A program made the translations under genes and the position numbers. This document shows positions 48,119 to 57,464 of a stretch of DNA of 64,000 bases, piece after piece; position 1 is the first letter of the stretch, and each line of letters opens with the position of its first letter. The notes under the pieces are model-generated. The model was given only the letters and a program-made list of their open reading frames with translations. It was not told where the DNA came from and did not search any database. Origin of the DNA: Candidatus Omnitrophota bacterium (lineage in GTDB: Bacteria > Omnitrophota > Gorgyraeia > Zapsychrales > Zapsychraceae); contig JADFYE010000005.1 in NCBI GenBank assembly GCA_015233195.1, forward strand, positions 12,122 through 76,121. The letters run 5' to 3'.

Positions 48119-48849
48119 TTATTATTCTCCAAGCATGAACTTTCACAATATTTTTTAAACTCCATAACTGCACTGATAGCGCCTAAAGCGCCATTGATCT
48201 TTAAAGGTATACGTTTTTTATCATCACTAAACCAGAAACCAAAATTTTTCGGGTCACCGCTCATAAATACAGCCTTATAGCGTTGTTTATTTATTTTTAT
48301 GTTATTAATTTTGGATATTATAAATTTTACTTCTTTCGTCGGCAACTCTGAATTTATTTTAGCGCCTAATTCAGCATTCCCATTCATTCTAAACCTATAT
48401 ATGATCCCATACACGTTATCTATCGGACCATTCTTTTTAATTTCTAATTTATCCGTCGCATCTTTACTCAAATCAATAATCTCAACTTTACGCTGGTCTT
48501 GAAAATAAGTTTCTTCAATTTTTTGTTTATTACCAAATATATTCAAATCGCGGAAATTTTTAAGCGGATAAAACGTCTGTGGATCAAAATACAAATTCTC
48601 TTCGTCATAAAACCCGGTAGCTTTTGCCCTAAAAACAATATGTTGCGCCTGCTTACCGTTTATTTCAGTCAAGCCTTTATATTCTAAAGCTGCTTCGCCA
48701 ATAGTAATCTTTAATTTTTTTATATCAAAAATTATGGTCTCTCCTACGGTAAAAGGCAGGGGCTGCGATACTGCAGTTTGCGCGGACGCATAACCCGCAC
48801 TAAAAATTGAAACACAACTAAAAATTAACAACACATATCGTAAAATCAT
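48115..48849 (-). CDS. Secreted hypothetical protein (DUF3108-like beta-rich protein)
   Basis: Has a signal peptide. Its stop overlaps the M48 protease start. Confidence 0.45.
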   Translation of the reverse strand: MILRYVLLIFSCVSIFSAGYASAQTAVSQPLPFTVGETIIFDIKKLKITIGEAALEYKGLTEINGKQAQHIVFRAKATGFYDEENLYFDPQTFYPLKNFRDLNIFGNKQKIEETYFQDQRKVEIIDLSKDATDKLEIKKNGPIDNVYGIIYRFRMNGNAELGAKINSELPTKEVKFIISKINNIKINKQRYKAVFMSGDPKNFGFWFSDDKKRIPLKINGALGAISAVMEFKKYCESSCLENNK

Positions 48850-49985
48850 ATCCTGTCGTATTCTTTCACAAATCCTTCTAATAGTTTAGTGCCTTTTATT
48901 AAAGTCGAGATGTTCAAATATTCGTCAGTCGTATGCGCTGTACCTTTTGCTCCCACACCTGTAGCAAAAGCCGGAATCTTATGTTTCCGAAAAAATGATA
49001 TAACAGTAGCGCCTTCACTTCCTTTTAATATGACAGGGATTTTCTCTTTTTGGGCTGACCTGACATAAGCTTTCACAAATGGATGTTCTTTACTAATCTC
49101 ATACGGTCTTTGATGATCATCAATTATAAATTCAAATTTTTTAGTTTCTGATCCAATTACTTTCTTAATTTGATTTATGACATCTTCACCAACCATACCC
49201 GGCAAATAACGTATATCGACTGAAAATTCACAAAAATCAGCCACCATATTAACTTTATCCCCGCCTTTAATCGTCCCGATATTAATAGTCGGTTCGCGTA
49301 AAAACTGGTGCTTCACATATGGCAATTTTAATGCTTTTAATTTTGCTATCACCAGAGCGGCAATCTCAATTGCGTTCACTCCCAGCCAATTATACGCACC
49401 ATGCGCTTTTTTACCAAAAATCTGCACCCTGCAGTGTATCAAACCTTTTTGGGCTATGACTGCGTGATTGTCGTCTGAATCAAGCACCAAAGCCAATCCG
49501 GGTTTTAAAACTTTTTTATCTACCAAAGGTAATATACCAGCTTTACTTCCAGTCTCCTCGTCTACAGTTGCAGCCATGACAACATCTTTACGCAACTTTA
49601 CTCCATCCTCGACTAGACTGCGCATGATCTCCATTGAAGCAGCTAAATTTCCTTTGTCATCTGACGATCCACGACCATAAATTTTATTACCTACAACCTG
49701 TCCTAATGGATTATATTTCCAGCCAGTACCGATCGGCACAGTATCAAAATGCGGGGTCAAAAGAATTGATTGTTTTTGCGCTTGCGCCCGAGGTAAAGAA
49801 CCCTTTAAAGTAGCGATTATATTTGGTCGGTTCTTAGCATAAGTCACCAGTTTCACTTCCAGACCTAAAGACCGCATATCGTTCTCGATAAACTTAGCTA
49901 AAGCTAACTCATTACCTGGAGGATTTTCCGAATTAAAAGATAAAACTTTTTTAGTTAAAGCAATCAAGCGTAGTTTATTTATCAC
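48846..49985 (-). CDS. M20-family metallopeptidase/deacylase (ArgE/DapE-like)
   Basis: GRGSSDDKGNLAASMEIM and other M20 motifs. The probable start is GTG at 49983-49985, with AGGAG 6 nt upstream and an 8-nt overlap with the upstream stop. It was chosen over the ORF-track ATG at 50069, which overlaps the upstream gene by 95 nt. Confidence 0.7.
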   Translation of the reverse strand: MINKLRLIALTKKVLSFNSENPPGNELALAKFIENDMRSLGLEVKLVTYAKNRPNIIATLKGSLPRAQAQKQSILLTPHFDTVPIGTGWKYNPLGQVVGNKIYGRGSSDDKGNLAASMEIMRSLVEDGVKLRKDVVMAATVDEETGSKAGILPLVDKKVLKPGLALVLDSDDNHAVIAQKGLIHCRVQIFGKKAHGAYNWLGVNAIEIAALVIAKLKALKLPYVKHQFLREPTINIGTIKGGDKVNMVADFCEFSVDIRYLPGMVGEDVINQIKKVIGSETKKFEFIIDDHQRPYEISKEHPFVKAYVRSAQKEKIPVILKGSEGATVISFFRKHKIPAFATGVGAKGTAHTTDEYLNISTLIKGTKLLEGFVKEYDRI

Positions 49986-50289
49986 CGAACAACTCCTGAG
50001 CTTTGGAAGCCCCGATGTGCCGCTTATAATCATCGTGGTCAATAATTTGCAGACTGGGACGCTGTTCAACGATTTTATGCAATTTAGGCATGTTAGTTAT
50101 CACGTTGCGGAATGCTATATATTTAAATTCGGCTTTGCAATGCGGGCATTGATGCATATCCAACTTAACGTTCAATTCGCTGCAGTTAGCACATTGAGCA
50201 GCTAAGTCACCATAGATCATCAAATGAGCTTTGACCTCTTGAATATCATACTTCTTATAGGTTCGAATTAAACCCTGATTATGCGACAT
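49975..50289 (-). CDS. Hypothetical protein with a putative zinc ribbon (CxxC...CxxC)
   Basis: 104 aa containing CANC...CPHC. Confidence 0.45.
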   Translation of the reverse strand: MSHNQGLIRTYKKYDIQEVKAHLMIYGDLAAQCANCSELNVKLDMHQCPHCKAEFKYIAFRNVITNMPKLHKIVEQRPSLQIIDHDDYKRHIGASKAQELFGDK

Positions 50290-50488
50290 AGTTTATATCT
50301 CGACTAATATGTTCCCATAAAAAAGTGTATTGCAAACAAGGCAGCCTTCTAAAATGTTATATTCAAGAAAAGGCTGGGGTTCAAGCCGCATTTCAATTTA
50401 TATTGCAAGATGCGGGTTAAATGCTGACTCATGTTTGCGATTATAACACAGCAGACTATTTGTAGAGCAGAAAAAAATTAAATATATT

Positions 50489-50764
50489 CTACATCTTTTT
50501 ATACGCGCATCTGCGGTCGCCGGGCCAGAATTCATTCAAAATATCCCGTATCGGCACACAGGTAAATTTCCTGCCATTTATAGTTTTATGCGGACCAAAT
50601 CGATTAGCATAATCAGAGCAAAAAAACTTTCCATATTTTCCTGCTCTTAAATTCTCACACGGATCACCTTCTGCTTTACCACAGCATGCTCCGCAATTTT
50701 TACAAATTGCCTCCCACTCTTCAGCTTGTTTTTTCTGTAAAGCGTAATAATTGTGCTCGTCCAT
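50489..50764 (-). CDS. Cys-rich small protein, YkgJ/UPF0153-like putative Fe-S or zinc-binding protein
   Basis: 91 aa with the CKNCGACCG...C...C...C...C pattern. Confidence 0.5.
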   Translation of the reverse strand: MDEHNYYALQKKQAEEWEAICKNCGACCGKAEGDPCENLRAGKYGKFFCSDYANRFGPHKTINGRKFTCVPIRDILNEFWPGDRRCAYKKM

Positions 50765-50772
50765 ATTCTGAT

Positions 50773-51825
50773 TTATTTTTTCCTAATATATTCCGCAACT
50801 TCATAAATCAATTTTTCTGAATCTTCCCAGCCTAAACATGGATCAGTAATCGATTGCCCATAAACATTTTTTCCGACAGGCTTTGCGCCTTCAACCAAAT
50901 AACTTTCTATCATTAACCCGCGAACCATATCTTTTAAGACCAGAGATTCCATACGGCTCCACATTACCTCATGCGTAATACGGATCTGCTGTTTGAACTG
51001 TTTATTAGAATTAGAATGGTTGGTATCCACAATTATAGAAGGATTCGGATAGCCGCGTTCTTTGTATAACTCCGCGACTCTAATCATATCCTCAAAATGA
51101 TAATTAGGTATCGACCTGCCTGCTAAATCAACTGCACCCCTTAAAATACAATGAGTAAGCGGATTACCTGAAGTTTTAACTTCAAATCCGTTATAAATAT
51201 ATACATGCGGCAACAATGCGGCATGAACCGCATTCATCATTACAGTTATATCGCCGCTGGTTGGATTTTTCATGCCTACTGGAACATCAAATCCACTTGA
51301 AGTAAGACGATGGTTCTGATTTTCAACTGAGCGCGCGCCAACTGCAACATAACTCAAAAGATCAGCTAAATATGGATAATTACTTGGATAAAGCATTTCA
51401 TCAGCTGCTGATAATCCAGTTTCTTCAAGCACACGAATATGCATGCGACGAATAGCTTTTATACCCTCAACAATATTAGGATCTTCAGTTGGATCAGGTT
51501 GATGTGCCATGCCTTTATAACCTTCCCCTGTTGTGCGGGGTTTATTAGTATAAATCCGCGGCACAAGCACCACCGCATCCCTAACCTTTTCCTGAACCTT
51601 AGCCAAACGATTTACATATTCACATACAGAATTTTCATCATCTGCAGAACATGGTCCAATAATCAAAAGAAATTTATTATCCACTCTAGTAAATACATTC
51701 TGGATAGCCCGATCCCGTTTAGCTTTCAAAGCTTTAAGCTGTAAACTCATAGGTATTTCCCGAATAATCTCCTCAGGAGATGGTATTTTACGAATATATT
51801 GAAAACTCATAATTAATCCTTTCAA
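50773..51825 (-). CDS. 3-deoxy-7-phosphoheptulonate (DAHP) synthase, class I (AroG/F/H type)
   Basis: LLIIGPCSADDE...KPRT and other class I alpha motifs in 350 aa. The start may be the internal Met at 51810. Confidence 0.8.
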   Translation of the reverse strand: MKGLIMSFQYIRKIPSPEEIIREIPMSLQLKALKAKRDRAIQNVFTRVDNKFLLIIGPCSADDENSVCEYVNRLAKVQEKVRDAVVLVPRIYTNKPRTTGEGYKGMAHQPDPTEDPNIVEGIKAIRRMHIRVLEETGLSAADEMLYPSNYPYLADLLSYVAVGARSVENQNHRLTSSGFDVPVGMKNPTSGDITVMMNAVHAALLPHVYIYNGFEVKTSGNPLTHCILRGAVDLAGRSIPNYHFEDMIRVAELYKERGYPNPSIIVDTNHSNSNKQFKQQIRITHEVMWSRMESLVLKDMVRGLMIESYLVEGAKPVGKNVYGQSITDPCLGWEDSEKLIYEVAEYIRKK

Positions 51826-51914
51826 AAATATCTTTATTTGTCCGTCTTACTTTTGCTATTTTATAAGGTTTGAAACATTTGGCAAGTATTAAAATTTTGA
51901 ATAAAAATAAAAAA

Positions 51915-52184
51915 GCCGATAAAGCAAGGAGCCTACACAGGAGACTCACATGGCGACGGTTCCGCATCACAAGTATGCTTTCAACATCGCAGGAAACAAC
52001 CGGGCGGTCATTCCCTCACTTCGGCAACTCAGCCACCATATTGTCTATTAACCTAACCATTCTTAATCTACGTGCCTCGGGCGATCCAGTCGCCTCCGCC
52101 AGGCCTCTTCGGTCCTTGACAACTTAGGTCTGAAGTTTTGCGTCCCCGGATTTCCCCGGGTTTGCCTTTATCGGCTAAGTAAAA
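51915..52184 (-). ncRNA. GC-rich structured RNA of about 270 nt with terminal long-range helix and U-run terminator, containing a c-di-GMP-I aptamer-like 5' domain
   Basis: The minus-strand transcript starts GCCGAUAAAG and ends CUUUAUCGGC-UUUUUUAUUUUU. The two ends form a perfect 10-bp helix. The region is clearly GC-richer than its flanks. No ORF on the minus strand exceeds 14 aa. Confidence 0.55.
52085..52178 (-). promoter_or_regulatory. c-di-GMP-I (GEMM) riboswitch aptamer-like element
   Basis: The minus-strand RNA reads GGCAAACC-CGGGGAAAUCCGGGG-ACGCAAAAC-UUCAGACCUAAGUUGUCAAGGACCGAAG-AGGCCU. This matches the GEMM-I core (GCAAACC, a GAAA tetraloop hairpin, GGACGCAAAGC, then a CCUAAG-type tetraloop-receptor hairpin) and closely parallels the Vibrio cholerae Vc2 aptamer. 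Confidence 0.6.
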
Positions 52185-52238
52185 TATACCATACCGAATA
52201 AACAAAACAAGACCAAAATAATACCGTCAAGATAACGT

Positions 52239-52862
52239 TTACTTCCGCTTAGACGCTATAAGTCCGGCAATCTTGTCACCCCAAATATCCAAAATAAGAC
52301 CTAAAGATTTTTGATCCAAATCATTATTAAATGGATCAGCATACATTTTTAAAGCTAAAGGCTGCACATCTGACATTGATAAAATGATCTGCTTAGTTGA
52401 CGCATCTCTAACCTCAACTTCTATAATCAAGTCTGAAGGGTCATAAACTTGATTGGAATTAGCATTTATCATCCGCATTAAAGCGCGCTGCGGCTGTGAT
52501 CTAAAAGAACCTTTTAATGCAATATTTACTATCAAAGCTTTTGATTTATCTTTAAACATTTTTTCATCTTCAACTACGTCCATCATAGCTAATTTTAATT
52601 TTGCGCTTATATGATGATTTACTACCTGCGCCACTAATTCAAATACTTCTGGTCGGAGCGTATCTTTTTCAAAATCATTAGTTTCATCATTCTGAGTCGA
52701 GATCTCTATACCTCTAAGGTCAATCATTGCTACAGAAATTTCCTTATATGATGCCAAATTCACATCCGAGTTTTTACAATCCGCTTTAAAATTATCAGCG
52801 TGAACTAAAGGAGCATACAATAGCGCAAACACAATAAAAAAATATCGAATCCATATATTCAT
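52239..52862 (-). CDS. Secreted hypothetical protein
   Basis: Signal peptide (IWIRYFFIVFALLYAPLVHA). The start was taken at MNIWIRY to avoid an overlap with trpF. Confidence 0.5.
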   Translation of the reverse strand: MNIWIRYFFIVFALLYAPLVHADNFKADCKNSDVNLASYKEISVAMIDLRGIEISTQNDETNDFEKDTLRPEVFELVAQVVNHHISAKLKLAMMDVVEDEKMFKDKSKALIVNIALKGSFRSQPQRALMRMINANSNQVYDPSDLIIEVEVRDASTKQIILSMSDVQPLALKMYADPFNNDLDQKSLGLILDIWGDKIAGLIASKRK

Positions 52863-52869
52863 AATGCCT

Positions 52870-53511
52870 CTATTTCTCGTCGATTTCACTTTGACTTGGA
52901 GAACGAAAATTCAAAACATCAAAAAATGCTCGGATCTTACGCGCGTCTTTTATACCAGGAGATTTTTCAAGACTGCTGGACACGTCGATTGCGTAAGGAT
53001 TTACAGCTTCAACAGCTTGGCGCACATTCTCTACAGTTATACCTCCGGATAATATTATCGGCTTATCAAACTTCTGCCCTTTTAACATTTCCCAATTGAA
53101 TGCTGTGCCAGTACCGCCTTCAATCCCTTCCTTAAAAGTATCAAATAGGTAAGCATCAACCATATATTCTTTTATCTGACCAAAATCAAATTGAGGAGCA
53201 ATCTTAAACGCTTTTATAATCTTACAATCTTTAAACCTTTTGCAATATTGAGCAGTTTCTTTACCATGAAATTGTACAGTCTTGATACGAGTAAAATTAC
53301 AAACTTCACGCACAGCTCTTTCACTCAAATCAACAAAAACACCGACTGGTGTTATAAAAGGCGGTAAAGCTTCGATCAATTTGCGCGCCTTACTTGGACT
53401 TATGTAACGCGGACTTTTTTTATGAAATATGAATCCAACTGCCCATGCGCCGTAATACGCAGCCTTTTGCGCGTCCTCGTGATTAGTGATACCACAAACT
53501 TTTACTCGCAT
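52870..53511 (-). CDS. trpF: Phosphoribosylanthranilate isomerase
   Basis: MRVKVCGIT...AVGFIF...FLDT-like motifs in 213 aa. Confidence 0.8.
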   Translation of the reverse strand: MRVKVCGITNHEDAQKAAYYGAWAVGFIFHKKSPRYISPSKARKLIEALPPFITPVGVFVDLSERAVREVCNFTRIKTVQFHGKETAQYCKRFKDCKIIKAFKIAPQFDFGQIKEYMVDAYLFDTFKEGIEGGTGTAFNWEMLKGQKFDKPIILSGGITVENVRQAVEAVNPYAIDVSSSLEKSPGIKDARKIRAFFDVLNFRSPSQSEIDEK

Positions 53512-53529
53512 ATGATTCCTTTTGTATAG

Positions 53530-54306
53530 TTAAAATAATTCTTTAATTTTCGCCCCAATATCGTCCGAACGCATAAAGACTTCTCCCATTAATACTGCAT
53601 GAGCCCCTGCCTGTTTAACCCTTAAAATATCTTCTCTGGTCTTAAGTCCACTTTCTGCAACAATAACCTTATCTTTTGGTATCAACGGTATGAGTTTTTC
53701 ACATACAGCTAAATCAACATTAAAAGTTTTAAGATCGCGATTATTAATACCAATGATTTCTGCTCCGCATTTCAAGGCGCGATTCAACTCCGCCTCGTCG
53801 TGTACTTCAACCAAACAATCCAAGTCTAATTGAGATGCCACAGTTATAAAATTTTTTATTTGAATATCAGTCAAAATAGCGACGATCAAAAGAACAGCGC
53901 TAGCACCCAAATATTGCGTTTCGTAGATCTGCCCTTCATCTATAATAAAATCTTTTCGCAAGATTGGCATTTTAAACTGATCTGCCACTTGTCGCATGTA
54001 AGCAGGTTTACCTAAAAAATATTTTTCTTCAGTCAATATAGAAAACGCTGCCGCGCCATTGTTAGCATATGCTTCAGCAATTTTTAACACATCAAATTTT
54101 TCTCTAATTAGCCCTAAAGACGGTGAAGCTTTTTTTATTTCTGCAATTAAATTAATTTTACCAGGCTGAGAAATTTGTTTTTTAAATATTGAATACCGCT
54201 TATATTCAGCCAGATCTATTCGCGCTTTTATACGAGCGTAAAATTCTTTACTGCGCGCAACTTCAAATTTCTTATATTCAACAATATCTTTTAAGAAATC
54301 ATTCAT
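53530..54306 (-). CDS. trpC: Indole-3-glycerol phosphate synthase
   Basis: IAEIKKASPS...ILTEEKYF...GINNRDL...ESG. The start was taken at MNDFLKDIVEYKK. Confidence 0.8.
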   Translation of the reverse strand: MNDFLKDIVEYKKFEVARSKEFYARIKARIDLAEYKRYSIFKKQISQPGKINLIAEIKKASPSLGLIREKFDVLKIAEAYANNGAAAFSILTEEKYFLGKPAYMRQVADQFKMPILRKDFIIDEGQIYETQYLGASAVLLIVAILTDIQIKNFITVASQLDLDCLVEVHDEAELNRALKCGAEIIGINNRDLKTFNVDLAVCEKLIPLIPKDKVIVAESGLKTREDILRVKQAGAHAVLMGEVFMRSDDIGAKIKELF

Positions 54307-55574
54307 TATTTCTCTTTCTCTCTCCACACCTTTGCTCCAACCTTCAACAATTTATCTTCTAAATCTTCATATCCACGTTCCAAATGATAAATACGATGTA
54401 TTTCGGTCGTACCTTTTGCCATTAAACCAGCTATAAGCAAAGCCGCTGAAGCGCGTAAGTCAGACGCCATTACCGGAGCGCCATGTAATTTTTTAACACC
54501 CTGCACGATCGCGGCAGTCCCTTCTCGACGAATATCCGCGCCCATCCGATTCATTTCCGCGATATGAATAAACCGATCTGGATAAACCTTATCTGAAATA
54601 ATACTAACCCCTTCAATGGTTGCCATAAAAGCCATGAACTGAGCTTGCAGATCCGTCGGAAAACCTGGATATGGATACGTAGTAACACTTACCGGCTTAA
54701 ATTTTTTACTGGTACTTACTTTTATATCACCATTTTTTTCAGCATAAACTTTTACACCTGCCTGGTTCAGACGATCTACCAAAGCAAATAAATGTTTTAA
54801 GTTTGCATTTTTAATGGTCAGATCACTCCTGGTAGCTGCAGCTAATAAAATATACGTGCCAGCCTCAATGCGGTCAGGTATGATCTCATACGTAATGCCT
54901 TTTAATTTTTTTACACCCTTTATCTTAAGACGAGGACTGCCTTTACCTTCAATATTTGCGCCCATCTCAATGAGAAATTCAGTAAGATCCTCAATTTCAG
55001 GTTCGCAAGCAGCAAATTCAATTACAGTTTCACCTTCAGCTAAAACCGCAGCCATCAATACATTCGCAGTCGCTAAAACTGAAGAACCAAATACTCCGCC
55101 TAAAAATATTTCATTACCAATTAATTTTGGAGCCGTAGCCAAAACATAACCGCCGTCTACTGATATTTTCGCGCCCAACGCTTCCACACCTTTAATATGT
55201 AAATCTACTGGACGAATACCAATAACACATCCACCAGGTAAAGAAACTTTGGCTTTTTTTAATTTCCCTAATAATGGGCCAAGCACGCAAAATGATCCAC
55301 GCATCGTCGAAACTAAATCATAATCCGCTATATATCCGGCTTTCTTACCAGCCTTTACAGTCAAAGTATTATCTTTATAATCAACTTCCTTACCCAATGA
55401 CTGAAGTAATTTAATCATGGTGCGCGTATCCCGTAAATTCGGGACTCGTTTCAACACTACCGTGTCGTCGGTCAAAAGTGTTGCAGCCATGATCGGCAGA
55501 CTCGAATTTTTTGAACCGCTGATATTTACATCACCTTTAAGTGATGCCCCCCCTTTTAACATTAAAACATCCAT
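54306..55574 (-). CDS. murA: UDP-N-acetylglucosamine 1-carboxyvinyltransferase
   Basis: LKGDVNISGSKNSSLPIMAATLL...GGCVIGIRPVDLHIKGVEALGA carries the MurA catalytic Cys loop. 422 aa. Confidence 0.85.
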   Translation of the reverse strand: MDVLMLKGGASLKGDVNISGSKNSSLPIMAATLLTDDTVVLKRVPNLRDTRTMIKLLQSLGKEVDYKDNTLTVKAGKKAGYIADYDLVSTMRGSFCVLGPLLGKLKKAKVSLPGGCVIGIRPVDLHIKGVEALGAKISVDGGYVLATAPKLIGNEIFLGGVFGSSVLATANVLMAAVLAEGETVIEFAACEPEIEDLTEFLIEMGANIEGKGSPRLKIKGVKKLKGITYEIIPDRIEAGTYILLAAATRSDLTIKNANLKHLFALVDRLNQAGVKVYAEKNGDIKVSTSKKFKPVSVTTYPYPGFPTDLQAQFMAFMATIEGVSIISDKVYPDRFIHIAEMNRMGADIRREGTAAIVQGVKKLHGAPVMASDLRASAALLIAGLMAKGTTEIHRIYHLERGYEDLEDKLLKVGAKVWREKEK

Positions 55575-55607
55575 TGAATAACTCCTTTATGAGAAATATA
55601 TATAATT

Positions 55608-56405
55608 CTATTGTTTGTCTGCAAAAATAATCCGTTTAATTCCAACATAATCCAAAATAAATTCTGGTTTTGAAAAACATCCTTTAGCTTTAATCATATC
55701 CGCGACCAGGTCAAACTGATCATCACCTAATTCCATTATCAAACGTCCAGACCCTATTAAAAATTTATGCGCGTGCTCGACGATAATTCTATAATAATCC
55801 AAACCATCTATGCCGCCATTTAAAGCCAAATCCGGCTCTTGTCTGACATCCTTAGGCAGATTTTTTAATTGATCTGTTGGAATATAAGGCGGATTACTAA
55901 TTATCATATCAAAAAAATTTTCCCGCCGCCATGTTGTTGATAAAAATTCCAACATATCCTTTTGAATAAAATCTATTCTATCCATTACCCCATTCAATTG
56001 AGCGTTCTTACGCGCCACGTCTAACGTCTCAGCAGAAATGTCAATTGAAACAACTTTTACTTTAAAACATTGTTTAGCTAAAGTAATAGCAATGTTACCT
56101 GAACCAGTACCCAAATCTAAAACATTATTCTCATCGCCTGTACACCCTTTTAAAAAATGTATCGCAGTTTCAACCATTATTTCAGTTTCAGGACGAGGAA
56201 TTAATACATGTTTATTAACTAATAACCGTGTTCCCATAAAATCACATGAACCCAAAATATACTGCAGCGGCTCACCTGAAGCCAAACGGGCAGTCATTTC
56301 ATCATATATTTTTTGCTGAGAAATATTTAGCTTAGGCGGGGAAAGGTAAAGGTCTTTTCTGCTGCATTTTAAAATGAACGTTAGGATTTGTTCATTTGCG
56401 TTCAT
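55608..56405 (-). CDS. prmC: Release factor glutamine N5-methyltransferase PrmC (HemK)
   Basis: LDLGTGSGNIAI and NPPY motifs. Sits immediately downstream of prfA with a 14-nt overlap. Confidence 0.8.
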   Translation of the reverse strand: MNANEQILTFILKCSRKDLYLSPPKLNISQQKIYDEMTARLASGEPLQYILGSCDFMGTRLLVNKHVLIPRPETEIMVETAIHFLKGCTGDENNVLDLGTGSGNIAITLAKQCFKVKVVSIDISAETLDVARKNAQLNGVMDRIDFIQKDMLEFLSTTWRRENFFDMIISNPPYIPTDQLKNLPKDVRQEPDLALNGGIDGLDYYRIIVEHAHKFLIGSGRLIMELGDDQFDLVADMIKAKGCFSKPEFILDYVGIKRIIFADKQ

Positions 56406-57459
56406 TGAGCGAATCCTCTGCGTCCGCTTGAATTAAAGCATTCGTCAATTCATCTAAATCACCGTCGAGAATAGTATCCAAACGATGACTGGTAAAACCA
56501 ATTCGATGATCAGTTACCCGATGATCTGAAAAATTATAAGTTCGGATTTTATCGCTCCGGTCACCAGTACCGATCTTAAGCCTGCGTTCCTTAGTCTCTT
56601 TAGCCAATTGATCGCTTTGATATTTATCCAATAGCCGAGCACGTAAAACCCGCATCGCTTTATTCTTATTTTTTAATTGAGAACGCTCGTCCTGACAAAT
56701 TACTACCAGCCCGGTCGGGATATGGGTTAAACGTACCGCAGAATCAGTAGTATTAACACTTTGACCACCTGGACCTGAAGAACGGAAAATATCAATGCGA
56801 AGATCAGCTGGATTAATTTGTACGTCGATTTCTTCAGCTTCAGCCATAACCGCAACTGTAGCCGCCGACGTATGGATACGACCGGAAGCTTCAGTAGCTG
56901 GCACGCGTTGAACGCGATGCGCACCGCTTTCCCACTTTAAATGTTTTTCCGCGCCTTTACCGCTGATACTAAAAATAACTTCTTTAAATCCTCCCGTATC
57001 TGATTCGTGCGATTCCATCATCTCAACCTTCCAACCTTTTCGGTCAGCAAAACGGGTGTACATCCTAAAAAGATCAGCAGCAAATAAACTCGCTTCCTGC
57101 CCGCCTGTACCAGCACGAATTTCAATAATCATGTTCCGATTTTTTTCCGCAGCTTTAGGATTTAAAATCTCATCAATCCGCAGCCGGATCTTTTCCTGCT
57201 TTTGGCGCAGCTCTTTTAATTCTTCTTGGGCTAAAGACTCAAAGTCAGGATCTTGCTTCTCTTTAAGCAAAAGTTCCAGATCTTGCTCTTGACGAAGCAT
57301 GGTCTGGAACTCTTTACCTAACACCACTAATGGCGTTAAGTCGGAATATTCTTTAGCTAATTTTTGATACTGCTCTTTATCATTAATAATAGCAGGATCA
57401 GCAAGGAACTGCTCGAGCTCAAGATAACGTTGTTCGGCTTTCTTAAGCTTATCTAACAT
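56392..57459 (-). CDS. prfA: Peptide chain release factor 1
   Basis: Has the RF1-specific PAT tripeptide (RVPATEASGR) and the GGQ motif (SGPGGQSVNTT). Confidence 0.9.
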   Translation of the reverse strand: MLDKLKKAEQRYLELEQFLADPAIINDKEQYQKLAKEYSDLTPLVVLGKEFQTMLRQEQDLELLLKEKQDPDFESLAQEELKELRQKQEKIRLRIDEILNPKAAEKNRNMIIEIRAGTGGQEASLFAADLFRMYTRFADRKGWKVEMMESHESDTGGFKEVIFSISGKGAEKHLKWESGAHRVQRVPATEASGRIHTSAATVAVMAEAEEIDVQINPADLRIDIFRSSGPGGQSVNTTDSAVRLTHIPTGLVVICQDERSQLKNKNKAMRVLRARLLDKYQSDQLAKETKERRLKIGTGDRSDKIRTYNFSDHRVTDHRIGFTSHRLDTILDGDLDELTNALIQADAEDSLNERK

Positions 57460-57464
57460 AAAAA

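Noticed and set aside
50017-50205. Plus-strand 62-aa ORF overlapping the zinc-ribbon protein gene, plus the long ORF-track start of the M20 gene at 50069
   Set aside because: The ORF is antisense. For the M20 gene an internal GTG start with AGGAG gives a normal 8-nt overlap rather than a 95-nt overlap.
51870-52127. Plus-strand 85-aa ORF from the ORF track
   Set aside because: It lies entirely within the GC-rich structured RNA region and has no ribosome-binding site. Its composition reflects the RNA's GC content. It is better explained as a non-coding minus-strand RNA.
51915-52184. Possibility that the structured RNA is RNase P RNA, tmRNA, SRP RNA or 6S RNA
   Set aside because: It is too short for RNase P. 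It lacks the tmRNA GGGG start and CCA end. It has no SRP domain IV (GGAAG...AGCAGC) motif and no T-box sequence. The 5' part fits the GEMM-I core instead. 6S-like closure by a terminal helix is noted but not the rest of the 6S architecture.
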